From an uncultured Gemmatimonadales bacterium (GTDB lineage Bacteria > Gemmatimonadota > Gemmatimonadetes > Longimicrobiales > Gaopeijiaceae): a DNA stretch of 64,000 bases. The stretch is taken from the NCBI GenBank assembly GCA_963809895.1, contig CAWELD010000003.1:2720001-2784000 (forward strand), given 5' to 3'. How positions within the stretch are numbered: the first letter of the stretch is position 1; every line of letters begins with the position of its first letter. Below the pieces are notes generated by a model. The model was not told where the DNA came from and searched no databases. It saw nothing but the letters and a program-made list of their open reading frames with translations. This document shows, one piece after another, positions 1 through 10,188 of the stretch. Made by a program: the position numbers and the translations under genes.

Positions 1-1030
1 CCATCACCGCCGCCAATGCGAGACCCAGGGTGCCGCCCACCACGGTGAGCGCCACGTTCTCGCCCAGGAGCAACCGCACCGCCGAGCCTCGTCCGGCACC
101 CAGGGCGGCTCGCACGGCCAACTCGCGGTGCCGGCCCTCACCCCGGGCCAGCATGAGGTTGGCCACGTTGGCGCACGCGATCAGAAGGAGCACTCCGGCA
201 CCGGCCAGGAGCACCCACAGCCCGACCTGCACGTCGGCGAGGAAGCGGTCCGCCAGGGGCTCGACGACCGCTTCGGAGAAGGGCCGGCCCTCGAGGGCAT
301 CCACCTCGTCGGTGACCCGCTTCATGTCGCGCTGGGCCGCCGCGACAGTGGATCCGGGTGCAAGCCGGGCGAGGGCGCCGGTGCCGAAGGAATCGCCCCG
401 GGTGTCCCAGGGTAGCTGGTCGGCCAGCACACCCATGGGCACGTAGGCCTCGATGTCGGGCCGGGGGAATCCCACCCCCTCGGGCAGCACGCCGGCGATG
501 GCGTACGGGCGCCCGTCGAGGGTGAGGGTGCGGCCCAGCACCTCGGGATCGCCGCCGTAGGCTCGCTGCCAGAATCCGTATCCCAGCACCGCCACCGGCT
601 CGGCGCCGCGCTCGGTCTCTTCGCCGGTGAAGAGGCGGCCCAGCGCCGGCTCCATGCCCAGGGTGCCGAAGAAGTCCCCGATGACCAGGGCCCCGTCCAC
701 ACGCTCCGCGCCCTGCTCGGTGGGACGGACGAAGCCCCATCCCGCCAGGGCGCCCATGGACGAGAAGGCCCGGTTGCGCTGGCTCCAGTCGTGGTAGTTG
801 GGCACCGACATGGAGACGAGGAAGCCCGTCTGCGCATCGCGGACGCCGACGCTCACCAACCGATCGGCCTCCGGAAACGGCAGCGACTCCAGCAACACCG
901 CGTGCACCAGGGTGAACACCGCCACGGCGCCTCCGATGCCGAGTCCGAGGGTGGCGATGACCAGGACGGAAAAGCCGGGCCGGCGCAGGAGGCCGCGGAC
1001 GGTGTGTTTCACGTGCGATGCGAGGGGCAT
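1..1030 (-). CDS. ADOP/MacB-like duplicated ABC transporter permease (5' part; runs off window start)
   Basis: Manual translation from ATG 1030: MPLASHVKHTVRGLLRRPGFSVLVIATLGLGIGGAVAVFTLVHAVLLESLPFPEADRLV, the ADOP N-terminal signature; later REFAVRAALGAGRGS. Missing from the ORF track because no stop lies in the window. Confidence 0.9.
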   Translation of the reverse strand, partial: MPLASHVKHTVRGLLRRPGFSVLVIATLGLGIGGAVAVFTLVHAVLLESLPFPEADRLVSVGVRDAQTGFLVSMSVPNYHDWSQRNRAFSSMGALAGWGFVRPTEQGAERVDGALVIGDFFGTLGMEPALGRLFTGEETERGAEPVAVLGYGFWQRAYGGDPEVLGRTLTLDGRPYAIAGVLPEGVGFPRPDIEAYVPMGVLADQLPWDTRGDSFGTGALARLAPGSTVAAAQRDMKRVTDEVDALEGRPFSEAVVEPLADRFLADVQVGLWVLLAGAGVLLLIACANVANLMLARGEGRHRELAVRAALGAGRGSAVRLLLGENVALTVVGGTLGLALAAVM

Positions 1031-1100
1031 GGGGCACCTGTCGTGAGAGAGGGATCACCCTCAGTCAGATACCGTCATGTCCCCCGCGGTTGGGATCTCC

Positions 1101-4100
1101 TCAACCCGGACCGATCCAGTCGGGGGCGAATGCGCCCTCGCGGAACTGGCGGAGGTCGGTGCCGTCCGCATTCACGATCCACAGGCCGCTCCACCGCGAA
1201 CCATCGGGATAGAGCTTGGACGCCCCGAACAGGAGTTGTGTGCCGTCGGGGGACCAGGTGGCGCCGACGTTGCCCGTCCAGATGTCGTTCATTCCCAGAT
1301 CGGCGGACACCACGGCGAGCGTGCCTCCTGCAGCGTCTGCGACCACGACATCCGTGAAGCCGTCGCCTCGCCGATGGAGGTAGGCGATGCGGAGGCCATC
1401 GGGCGAGAAGCGCGGACTGAGGGCATCGGGGAAGGCGGCGGTCAGACGCACCACGCCGCTCCCGTCGAACAGGTAGAGGTAGGGGCGATTCTCGCCCCGG
1501 TAGCTGTGGCCCGCGAAGACCAACTTGGTCCGGTCGCTGGACCAGTCGGTGCCGGTGAATCCCCCGATGGAGTCGGCGGCCAGAGGATCGAACAGCAGGG
1601 TGCGGGCGCCGGTGTCGATGTCGATGGCGAAGGGGAGCATGGGCTCGACGTCTGGCGAGTACAGGCCGAGGGTCAACTGCGACGGCCCCGGACCCCACGA
1701 GGGGTGATCCAGAACCAGCCCACTACCCGACTTGTCCTCCACCACCAATTGGCACGCCCCCGTGTCGGTGTCCCAGACCGCGATCCCTGCTTTCGCGTTG
1801 CACGTATTGACGGAATATCCGGCGTAGTGGGTGCCGTCCGGTGACCAGCGCGCCGCCGGGGAGCGACCCGGCACTCGAACAGGGTTGGTGCCGTCCGGGT
1901 TCATGACCCAGAGCCAGCGGTCCGCGTCGTGGTACAGGATGCGTCCCGGCCCAGCCCCGCAGTCGACGACGAGAGCCTCCGTGGTCGGCGTGGTGACCGA
2001 TCGCGGATTCATGCCCTGGAGCAGGCACTCTTCGGGCACGTCCAGCAGCTCCAGGGTGTGCTGACCCGCGCCGACCCCCGGGAAGGTGGTGCTGCCGCCC
2101 TGGGCCTGGACGGTGCGGATGTCGTTGCCGTCCAGCACGACCCGGTAGGTGGCCTGGCCACCGTTGTCGCCCCGGGTGTCGATGGTGACGTCCAGATCAC
2201 CACCCTGGCACGACAGGCTGAAGCTGGCCGTGCCGGTGCCGCCATCGGGCACCGACACCGTCATGGGATTGGGCGCCGCCACGCTGCACTCCGCCGGCAC
2301 GCTGGTGAGCTCCACGGTGCGGTCGCCGGCGTCCACCGTCAGCGACTGGCTGGCGTTGGCGTCGATTGGGCCCATGTCCTGGCCGTCCACCGAGAAGCTC
2401 AGCGTCGCACCCACCGGGAAGGGGCCCGAGGTGTTGGTGGTCACCTCGAGCTGGCCGCCGATGCAGGTCACCGCGAAGGCCACCGTGGTGGTCGAGTCGG
2501 CCACGATGTCGGTCTGCACCGGGTTGTCGCCGTTCACGCTGCAGTTCGGCTCCAGCGCCGCCAGCGCCACGCTGACCGCTCCCGGCGCCAACGCCGAGAA
2601 GGTGACCGAGCCGGTGGGATCGATGGCCTTGGACCGACTCGCCACCGTCACCTGGTAGCCATCGGGGTCGCCGGGGTCGCCCTGGCTCGACGTGCTTACC
2701 TCCAACGTGCCCGCCGTGCCCGCGCCTCCGCTCCCCTGGCACTCCACCTGGAAGGTCAGGGTGCTGAGCATCCCCACCTGGATGGTGGCGGTCTGCGGGT
2801 TCGCGCCCTGCACCGAGCAGTTGTCGGCGATGCCCCTGACGCTCACCTTCCGGCTTCCCAGCCGCACGCTCCGGAACGGGCGGGTGGCGTTGGTGCCGAT
2901 CGTGCCCTGCGCTGCGCCGTCCAGCTCCAGCTCGTAGCCGTTCGGGTCCAGGTCGCCGCCCGTGGTCTGGACCACTACGTCCAGGTCCCCGATGGGACAC
3001 TTCCACTGCGCCCCCTGCAGCGTGGCCAGCGTCTTGGTCTTCGAGTAGTCGCCACCCTTGGGCGTGAGGAAGTCCGCCAGGGAGATCCCGATCTTGGCGT
3101 CCAGACCTGCCGACGAGTCGAAGCCGCAATCGGTGCTGGACGCCGTCAGGCTGGCCTTCGCCCACGGCCCCAGCCCCACCAGGGGGCCGGCGATCCCGTA
3201 GAACTTCAGGTTCAGGTCCGGGGTCAGGCTCACCTTCGCGTCGAGGGTGATGGACACCACCGCCGTGCTGTCGCTGATGCTCGGCTGCTTGGGCGTGAAC
3301 GAGCCGTTGGCGTCCAGGACGCCCTGCCATCCCTGCGTTTCGTCCCAGCGCGCGCCCACGCTCACCGAGTGCGAGGTCTCGATCCCCGCCTGGAGCTTCC
3401 CCTTCAGCGTCGCGTTGGCCTCGAACTTCCCCTTCACCTCCATCTCGGCGTAGACGATGATCGGGACCGCCCCTACCTGGACGTAGACGATCCGCCCCAC
3501 TTCGAAGAGCGTCGCCTCGCGGGTCAGCGATGTGGACAGCTTCGCACCCAACGACACCGCCAGGTCCGTCTTGACGGTCCCGGTGGCGATCCCGTGAAAC
3601 TCCTTCAGCTCGTCGTTCTCACCCCAGGTGCTGCCGAAGTCCAGCGAGGGTGAGAAGCTGAAGCGCCCGTTGGGGATCTTGAACTCGTCGATGATGCTCG
3701 GGCACTTGTTCGCGGGGTCCTTCTCCTTGAAGTACTTGCAGATGTCGAACCCGCTGAAGTCCACGCCCAGCCCGCTGAGCGTCACCCCGGCGGGCAGCGG
3801 CGTCGTCCACAGCGGACCGTAGGCGATACGGACATCGCCCGATGCAGGCTCCAGCCAGGGCGCCGGACCGGCCGGGGCCGGGGCGGCTCCACCGCCCAGG
3901 CCGAAGAGGTCCACCGTGAAGCTCAGGTTGCCGGTGTCGATGAGATCGTCCAGCGTCGCCGGCTCCGTCTCCAGGGTGAGCTCGGCCCCCGCCACCGATG
4001 CCGCCGTCACCGTGCGCAGGAAGCCCAGACCCTGGGCACCCACGATGACGTCGCCCACAGCGATGGCCGGCGGATCGCCGCTCCCCAGATACTGGAACCG

Positions 4101-4568
4101 GTAGATTCCCCGGTCCAGCTCCAGTCGGTCGCTCAGGAGAGCCAGCTCGGTGGAGTCCACCACCATGGCGTTGCTCTCCAGCCGGAACGCCGTCACCGTG
4201 CCCGAGGCGCTGCCCGAACGGCTCGCGACCGTCGCCGTGATGGTCGCGGCCCCGCCCCCCGTCCCCGTGACCAGACCGTCGGAGGAGACCGCGGCGACCG
4301 ACTCGTCGCTGGACGACCACGCCAACGTCTGGCCCGTCATGGCCTGGCCGTTCTGGTCCCGCACGCTCGCCGCGAGCTGCACCGTCTCGCCGTAATCCAG
4401 CGCGAAGCTCGACGGCGACACGGTCACCGTCGTCACCCGAGGTGTCGGGTCCGGGTCGGGATCCGGGTCCGGACCCGTGGGTGGGCCCGACCCGTCTCCC
4501 CCGCAGCCCGCCAACACCAATCCCGCCAGCAAGACCTTCCATCGACCGGTCCGCATGCCGCGCTCCAT
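1101..4568 (-). CDS. Large surface lipoprotein: Ig-like (Big_2) domain, repeated Cys-paired beta modules, C-terminal TolB/PD40-like propeller
   Basis: Lipobox LAGC, PD-rich linker, VTTVTVSP...WSSSDESVAAVSSDGLVTG (Big_2), DPxGY-type repeats, WSPDG/FSPDG repeats at the C-terminus. Confidence 0.85.
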   Translation of the reverse strand: MERGMRTGRWKVLLAGLVLAGCGGDGSGPPTGPDPDPDPDPTPRVTTVTVSPSSFALDYGETVQLAASVRDQNGQAMTGQTLAWSSSDESVAAVSSDGLVTGTGGGAATITATVASRSGSASGTVTAFRLESNAMVVDSTELALLSDRLELDRGIYRFQYLGSGDPPAIAVGDVIVGAQGLGFLRTVTAASVAGAELTLETEPATLDDLIDTGNLSFTVDLFGLGGGAAPAPAGPAPWLEPASGDVRIAYGPLWTTPLPAGVTLSGLGVDFSGFDICKYFKEKDPANKCPSIIDEFKIPNGRFSFSPSLDFGSTWGENDELKEFHGIATGTVKTDLAVSLGAKLSTSLTREATLFEVGRIVYVQVGAVPIIVYAEMEVKGKFEANATLKGKLQAGIETSHSVSVGARWDETQGWQGVLDANGSFTPKQPSISDSTAVVSITLDAKVSLTPDLNLKFYGIAGPLVGLGPWAKASLTASSTDCGFDSSAGLDAKIGISLADFLTPKGGDYSKTKTLATLQGAQWKCPIGDLDVVVQTTGGDLDPNGYELELDGAAQGTIGTNATRPFRSVRLGSRKVSVRGIADNCSVQGANPQTATIQVGMLSTLTFQVECQGSGGAGTAGTLEVSTSSQGDPGDPDGYQVTVASRSKAIDPTGSVTFSALAPGAVSVALAALEPNCSVNGDNPVQTDIVADSTTTVAFAVTCIGGQLEVTTNTSGPFPVGATLSFSVDGQDMGPIDANASQSLTVDAGDRTVELTSVPAECSVAAPNPMTVSVPDGGTGTASFSLSCQGGDLDVTIDTRGDNGGQATYRVVLDGNDIRTVQAQGGSTTFPGVGAGQHTLELLDVPEECLLQGMNPRSVTTPTTEALVVDCGAGPGRILYHDADRWLWVMNPDGTNPVRVPGRSPAARWSPDGTHYAGYSVNTCNAKAGIAVWDTDTGACQLVVEDKSGSGLVLDHPSWGPGPSQLTLGLYSPDVEPMLPFAIDIDTGARTLLFDPLAADSIGGFTGTDWSSDRTKLVFAGHSYRGENRPYLYLFDGSGVVRLTAAFPDALSPRFSPDGLRIAYLHRRGDGFTDVVVADAAGGTLAVVSADLGMNDIWTGNVGATWSPDGTQLLFGASKLYPDGSRWSGLWIVNADGTDLRQFREGAFAPDWIGPG

Positions 4569-4733
4569 CTCGTGAGATCTCCGTCCGCACGAGGGGATTA
4601 CGTCATACGAGGCGAGTGGGGATCATCGCTGCGGGCCGCCGGCCACGCGTCGGAAGACGGGGCCTACCTCGTCACCCAGATGTACTCGTTCTTGCGGCGC
4701 CAACCTTCCGTCCAATGTCCAGGCGGCGATCCC

Positions 4734-6159
4734 TCATCCCCACCAGGGCGAATCGGGAAGCACCACGGTCGGCCTCCGTCCGGCGCGTCGGCCGTCCAGG
4801 TGCAGGAGGAAGGTGCCGACACCGGCCGCCCCCTGCATGCGGCCGGTCTGCGCCGCCACCTCATCGGGCGACACCCGGTTCTCGGCCTGCACCCAGCGCC
4901 GGCCGCCGGCGTCCTCGGAGGACTGGTCCAGGAGCCAGCGGCCCACACGCTCGGCGTAGGCGCCGTGGCTGTCGTCGCCGGCGGCCTCTTCCAGCGCCAG
5001 GAAGAACTCGCCCACGCCGGCATCGCCGCAGCACTGGCTCACGTTGTTCCAGTAGCCCGGGGAGCGGCGCTCGGGCACGCCGTAGGCCTGGATCGCGGCG
5101 GCGCCCCGGGGAATCCACCCTCTCCACCGGGAATCCCCCGTCGCCCGCGCCAGCGCCTCGAAGAGCCGTGCCGTGCCGACGGGTCCGTGGCACCAGGACA
5201 GATAGTAGAGATCCTCGCCGCCCGGCTCGTGATGGAAGACCGCGCACCCGTCCTCGTCGCAGCGCCCCACGGCCTCGAGGTAGTGCGCGCCCCGCACCGC
5301 CGCCTCCAGTGGCTCGGCCTCGCCCGTGGCGGCGTGCAGCCGCGCCAGGAAGTAGGCCACACCGGCCGTGCCGTGCGAGAAGTTCGGATAGTTGCGGGGA
5401 TATCCGAGAGAGACCAGCCAGCGCAGCCCGCCCGGCGCCTCCTCGCCCAGACCCACCAGGCGACGTCCCGCACCCGCCGCCGCTTCGAGTGCGTCGGGAT
5501 GGTCCAGCGCGTCGTGGGCCCACAGGAGCGTCAGGCCGATGCCCGCGGCGCCCGAGATGATGTCCGACGACGCCTGATCGAGGCTGCCCGAGAGCCCACG
5601 CGAGGCCGCCCCGGTGCGGGCGGGCCGCCGCGACGACCCGGTCCGTGCAGCGCACGGCCCCTTCGCGGAAGCGCGCCTCGCCGCTGGCGCGATGCACCGC
5701 CTCCAGGCAGAAGGCGATTCCCGAGAGTCCGGTGTAGAGGCCCGCGTCCAGCGCCGGCGACGCATCGGTGCGCGCCAGCAGGTGGTCGGCTCCGGCCACG
5801 GCATCGGTCAGCGCCTCGGGACTCCCGGTAGCCGCGTGCACCTCCAGCAGGAAGAGCAGAACTCCTGGCGTCCCGTGATAGAGGCTCAGGTCCTCGTCCT
5901 CGCCGGCAGCGGGGACCACCGGCCAGGTCACGCCGGCGCTCGTTTCGCGCCGGTAGGCCCGGATCCAGCGATCCGCCGCCAGCGCGGCATCCAGAAACGG
6001 CCCCGCGGCGCGATGGCCATCGGCACCCACGCGTTCGAGTGCCGCCGCGCCGCCGGGCGCCAGCAGGAGCGCCGAGCCGGCGGCGGTCACGCGCAGGAAG
6101 TCACGGCGCGTGAGTCCCGGAGAACCCTCGATCAAGCACATGGGCGACCTCCCGATCAT
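4734..6159 (-). CDS. Tat-signal LanC-like (lanthionine synthetase C-like) protein; one frameshift near 5575-5600
   Basis: N-part in the frame of ORF 4861..6822 (TRRDFLRVTAAG, LYHGTPG, GLYTGLSGIA). C-part in ORF 4734..5804 (DIISGAAG, FSHGTAG, SWCHG, QCCGDAG, MQGAAG). ATG 6159 overlaps the stop of the M1 gene (ATGA). Confidence 0.85.
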
Positions 6160-7844
6160 GGAGCCGACCGGCTCTCCACGTAGAAGTTCGGGTCCACCTC
6201 GAAGTCGGACGGGTCGGAGAGTGACGTCTCGACGCGCTGCCACGCCTCGGTGGGGTGGATCCAATCGTACTCGCCCGGGGCCAGCGTGACCCGCACGGGC
6301 ATGGCGAACCCCGACACGACATCGGTCCACCGGTACTCCAGCGTGGACCCGTCGAAGCGGTATTCCAGCACCGGCACCATGGTGGTGCGCAGGTACTCGT
6401 CGAAGACCCCGCTCAGGTCCATGCCGGCGTGCTGGCTGATGTAGTCCTCGACCTGCGCGCTGGTGACGGTCTGGTGACGGAAGGTCGCGTTCAGCCCCCT
6501 GAGGATCCCCCGCCAGGCCTCGTCGTCGTCCACGAGCTGGCGGATGGTGTGCAGCATGTTGCCGCCCTTGTAGTACATGTCGCCGGAGCCTTCGTGGTTC
6601 ACCCCGTAGGTGCCGATGATGGGACGGTCGTTCCGGATCAGGGCCCGGGTGCCGATGACGTAGCGCGCGCCGGCCTCCTTGCTGCCCGTGAGACACTCGG
6701 TGTAGAGGTTCTCGGCGTAGTTGGCGAAGGACTCGTGGATCCACATGTCCGCTGCGTCCTTCATGCTGATGTTGTTGCCCCACCACTCGTGCGCGCTCTC
6801 GTGCACGATGATGAAGTCCCACTTCAGCCCCTCACCCGTCGACGACAGGTCCCGGCCGCGGTAGCCGTTCTGATAGCCGTTCCCGTACGCCACCGCGCTC
6901 TGATGCTCCATCCCCAGGTGCGGTGCCTCCAGGAGCTTGTAGCCGTCCGCGTACCAGGGGTACGGCCCGAACCAGTGCTCGAAGCAGGCGAGCATGGGCT
7001 TGACCTGGGCCCACTGCCGCTTGGCCGCGTCCAGATGGTAGGCCAGGGGCCAGAAGTCCAGCGTCAGGGTCCCGGCCTCGCCCTGGTATTCCTCGCTCCA
7101 GTGGGCGTAGGTGCCGGCGTTCACCGACACGCTGTAGTTGTTGATGGGCTCGGTGACGAACCACTCGTAGGTCGTGGTGCCGTCGCTGTTGGGCCGCGTG
7201 CTCCTGAGCCGCCCGTTGGAGACGTCCACCATGGGATCGGGCACCGTGATGGCGATGCGTTGACTGTCGGGCTCCTCCGAGCCGATGTCCTTGTCGGGCC
7301 ACCACACACTGGCCCCCAGGCCCTCGTTGGCGGTGGAGACCCAGGCGTTGCCCAGGCTGTCGGTCTGCCAGATGTAGCCGCCGTCCCAGGGCGGACGGAT
7401 CGCCACCACGGGCCGGCCGTGGTAGTGGACCGTCACGGTCTTCTCGGCCCCCACCGGCTGCGGCGCGGCCAGGGTGACGAAGAAGGCGTTGCCGTCACGC
7501 CGGTAGTCCAGGCGGGCCCCGTCCTGGACGATGCTGTCCACCTCCAGCGGCTCCTGCAGGTCGATCTGCATTTCCCGGGTGGGCCCGGTCACGCGGTAGG
7601 TGATCCCGTTCCAGCCGCGGATCGTGCTGTCCCCGGGCGACACGCGCACGTGGAGGTCGTAGAAGGTCACGTCCCACCAGGCCCGTCCGGGCCCGTTGGT
7701 ACCGCGGAGCGTGTCGGCATGGGTGAAGCCGCGCCCCTGCTGGGCGGCGAGGCCCGCCGGAGTCCCCAGGGCCGCGGCGCACGCCGCCGCCAGCCCCAAT
7801 GCGGCCAGGACCGTCCTCCTCCCCCTCGACCGGACCGGGCCCAC
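6156..7844 (-). CDS. Secreted M1 family zinc aminopeptidase
   Basis: Signal peptide, LGMEHQS (GAMEN-like), HESAHEWWGN...WIHESFANY (HExxH-x18-E), YYKG. Confidence 0.92.
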   Translation of the reverse strand: MGPVRSRGRRTVLAALGLAAACAAALGTPAGLAAQQGRGFTHADTLRGTNGPGRAWWDVTFYDLHVRVSPGDSTIRGWNGITYRVTGPTREMQIDLQEPLEVDSIVQDGARLDYRRDGNAFFVTLAAPQPVGAEKTVTVHYHGRPVVAIRPPWDGGYIWQTDSLGNAWVSTANEGLGASVWWPDKDIGSEEPDSQRIAITVPDPMVDVSNGRLRSTRPNSDGTTTYEWFVTEPINNYSVSVNAGTYAHWSEEYQGEAGTLTLDFWPLAYHLDAAKRQWAQVKPMLACFEHWFGPYPWYADGYKLLEAPHLGMEHQSAVAYGNGYQNGYRGRDLSSTGEGLKWDFIIVHESAHEWWGNNISMKDAADMWIHESFANYAENLYTECLTGSKEAGARYVIGTRALIRNDRPIIGTYGVNHEGSGDMYYKGGNMLHTIRQLVDDDEAWRGILRGLNATFRHQTVTSAQVEDYISQHAGMDLSGVFDEYLRTTMVPVLEYRFDGSTLEYRWTDVVSGFAMPVRVTLAPGEYDWIHPTEAWQRVETSLSDPSDFEVDPNFYVESRSAP

Positions 7845-7846
7845 GA

Positions 7847-9394
7847 TCAGTTCGCCGCCGTCACGGAGCCGCCCCCGTCCGACGTGCGCTGGATGAAGCC
7901 CGCGACCTCGGTCTTGAAGCGCGCCAGCGCCGGCTCGTAGAGGTACATCATGTGGCCCGCCTCGTACTCGACCCGCTCCACGTTGCCCCGGAGCTCGGGG
8001 GGAAGGCCCAGGTGGTCCATGGTGTAGTCGGCGGCGAAGTAGGGGGTGGCCAGGTCGTGGAGGCCGCTGTTGAGCATGACGTGCAACGTGGGATTCTGGC
8101 GCATGGCGCCAGCCAGATCGACCGCGACGTTGGTGTGACCCGGCCAGCCGCGCTGCTGACCGTGTTGCCAGTTCCAGGGATTCACGTTGCCGCTGATCCG
8201 GTAATCCCTCGTTCCCTCGTACCCCAGCTCGTCGCGCAGGTAGCGGTTCCAGGAGGACGCGTACGCCGAGCTCACCGACGCGCTCTGAGGGTCGAAGTCG
8301 GCCCGCTCGCCCACGCCGTCTTCGGTGAAGCCGGTGAAGCGAGCGTCGAGCCGGCCCAGCACGACCCCGGTTTCGCGCATGAGCTCCTTCTCGAACTGGC
8401 TGTTGTCCACCCGCAGGTCGGCGGCGTCCAGATAATCGACGCTGAGCCCCGTGTAGCGGTGGAGCTTCTGAAGCACCTCCTGCCGCGCCTGGCCCGTGAG
8501 CTTGTCGCCCTGGAGCAGGGCATCGGCGTATTCGGTCACGGCGAAGTGCTCCACCTCGTCCAGGAGCGGCTGCAGCTGGGCCGGCTGATCGGGGAGAGCG
8601 TGGTGATAGAACGCCACGGCCGTGTACGAGGGCAGGTACAGGAAGTACGGAATGTCGTTACCGGGGTTGAAGGTGATGGTCTGGAAGTCCAGCACCGCCG
8701 ACACCAGGATGATGCCGTTCAGGTCCACGTTGGAGCGGCCTTGCAGCACGGCTCCCAGCGCCGCGGAGCGGGTGGTTCCGTAGCTCTCTCCCAGCAGATA
8801 GCGTGGCGAGTTCCAGCGGTCGTTCTCGCTCAGGAAGCGGGTCACGAACTGGGCCAGCGACGAGGCGTCCTCGTCCACGCCCCAGAAGTCACGCCCCTCC
8901 GCGTCGCCCAGCGGACGGCTGAGCCCCGTGCCCACCGGATCGATCATCACCAGGTCGGTGACATCCAGGATGCTGTACTGGTTGTCCACCAGGTCGTAGG
9001 GCGGCGGCGGCACGTGCATGGTGTCGGGCGTGGCCACCCGCTTGGGACCCAACGCGCCCATGTGCAGCCACACCGACGAGGAGCCGGGCCCGCCGTTGTA
9101 GGCGAAGGTGAGCGGCCGGTGGTCCATGTCGGTCACCCCGCTCCGGGTGTACGCCGTGTAGTAGACCTCGGCGGTGGGCTTGCCGTCGTCGTCGCGCAGG
9201 ATGACGCTCCCCAGCGTGGCGTCGTATTCCACCGAGCGGCCGCCGATGCGGGCCGAGTGATGCGTGACGACATGCGTGGGCTGGACCTCGGCGGCCTCGC
9301 CGCGACCATCCGCCGTGGTCTGCTGGGCGAGGGCGGCGGGCGGTGCGACGAGGGCCGTCATCAGGAGCAAGCTTCCGGCAGGTGCGATTCTCAT
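7847..9394 (-). CDS. Secreted S10 family serine carboxypeptidase
   Basis: YNGGPGSSS, IDPVGTG, GESYG nucleophile motif, DLATP, YEAGHMMY; signal peptide from ATG 9394. Confidence 0.92.
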   Translation of the reverse strand: MRIAPAGSLLLMTALVAPPAALAQQTTADGRGEAAEVQPTHVVTHHSARIGGRSVEYDATLGSVILRDDDGKPTAEVYYTAYTRSGVTDMDHRPLTFAYNGGPGSSSVWLHMGALGPKRVATPDTMHVPPPPYDLVDNQYSILDVTDLVMIDPVGTGLSRPLGDAEGRDFWGVDEDASSLAQFVTRFLSENDRWNSPRYLLGESYGTTRSAALGAVLQGRSNVDLNGIILVSAVLDFQTITFNPGNDIPYFLYLPSYTAVAFYHHALPDQPAQLQPLLDEVEHFAVTEYADALLQGDKLTGQARQEVLQKLHRYTGLSVDYLDAADLRVDNSQFEKELMRETGVVLGRLDARFTGFTEDGVGERADFDPQSASVSSAYASSWNRYLRDELGYEGTRDYRISGNVNPWNWQHGQQRGWPGHTNVAVDLAGAMRQNPTLHVMLNSGLHDLATPYFAADYTMDHLGLPPELRGNVERVEYEAGHMMYLYEPALARFKTEVAGFIQRTSDGGGSVTAAN

Positions 9395-9549
9395 GGTTCC
9401 TCCGCAGGGGATCCCGACAGGAAGGTCCAACGTCGGCAGCCGTCGGGCGGGGCGCAACATCCCCCCGGCCACCGCCGCATGCATCCATTTGCGTCGGCCC
9501 GCGACGCGCGTCTAGCTTGGCTCGCTCCCGGAGCCCTCCCCCTCCCCCG

Positions 9550-10185
9550 ATGCTCATGACCGTCGTCGCCGTCTCCGCCCAACTGGGCCTCTTCGCCGTA
9601 TGGCTGTTGACCCTGAACCTTCTGCTGGGCCTGCTGCTCTCCATGCGCTACAACCCACTCAAGCAGTGGCCCCACCGCCGCATCAACTACTTCACGGTCC
9701 ACAACTGGACGGGCTACATCGCGCTGGCGCTGTGCGTGGGCCACGTGGCCATCCTCCCGCTGTCCGACACCGCGGGGTGGGTGTGGAGAGACGTGATCTG
9801 GCCCTCGCAAGCGCCCCAGCAGCCGACCTTCAACGTGCTGGGTGCGCTGGGTCTCTACCTCCTGACGGTCGTGGTGGCCACCTCCTACCTCAGGCGGCGC
9901 ATGGGTCGCAAGAGCTGGAAGGCGATACACTACGCGGCCTACGCGTCGGCCCTTCTCTTCTATCTGCACGGCATCGTGCTGGACCCGAAGCTCCAGGATC
10001 GGCCGCTGAACCTCATCGACCCGGAGAAGCTCAGCCAGGTGATCTGCGTCGTCCTGGTGGTGTGGGTGACCTGGCTCCGGGTCCGGCACGCGCTCCGTCG
10101 GCGGGCCATCGGCCGCGCCAAGGACCAGAAGCGCTGGGACGCGCCGGATCCCAACGATTGGCAAGACGACGCTCAACCCGCCTGA
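9550..10185 (+). CDS. Ferric reductase-like transmembrane (MsrQ-like heme b) protein
   Basis: Several TM helices with spaced His (VHNW, GHVA, WKAIHY, YLHG) and TSYLRRRMG motif. Confidence 0.75.
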   Translation: MLMTVVAVSAQLGLFAVWLLTLNLLLGLLLSMRYNPLKQWPHRRINYFTVHNWTGYIALALCVGHVAILPLSDTAGWVWRDVIWPSQAPQQPTFNVLGALGLYLLTVVVATSYLRRRMGRKSWKAIHYAAYASALLFYLHGIVLDPKLQDRPLNLIDPEKLSQVICVVLVVWVTWLRVRHALRRRAIGRAKDQKRWDAPDPNDWQDDAQPA

Positions 10186-10188
10186 CAC

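Noticed and set aside
4446..4476. Short tandem repeat (CGGGTC-like)
   Set aside because: Encodes the PDPDPDPD linker of the lipoprotein; in-frame and imperfect.
4734..6159. Lanthipeptide biosynthetic cluster
   Set aside because: No dehydratase or kinase, no Ser/Thr/Cys-rich precursor and no exporter; the LanC-like protein has an export signal.
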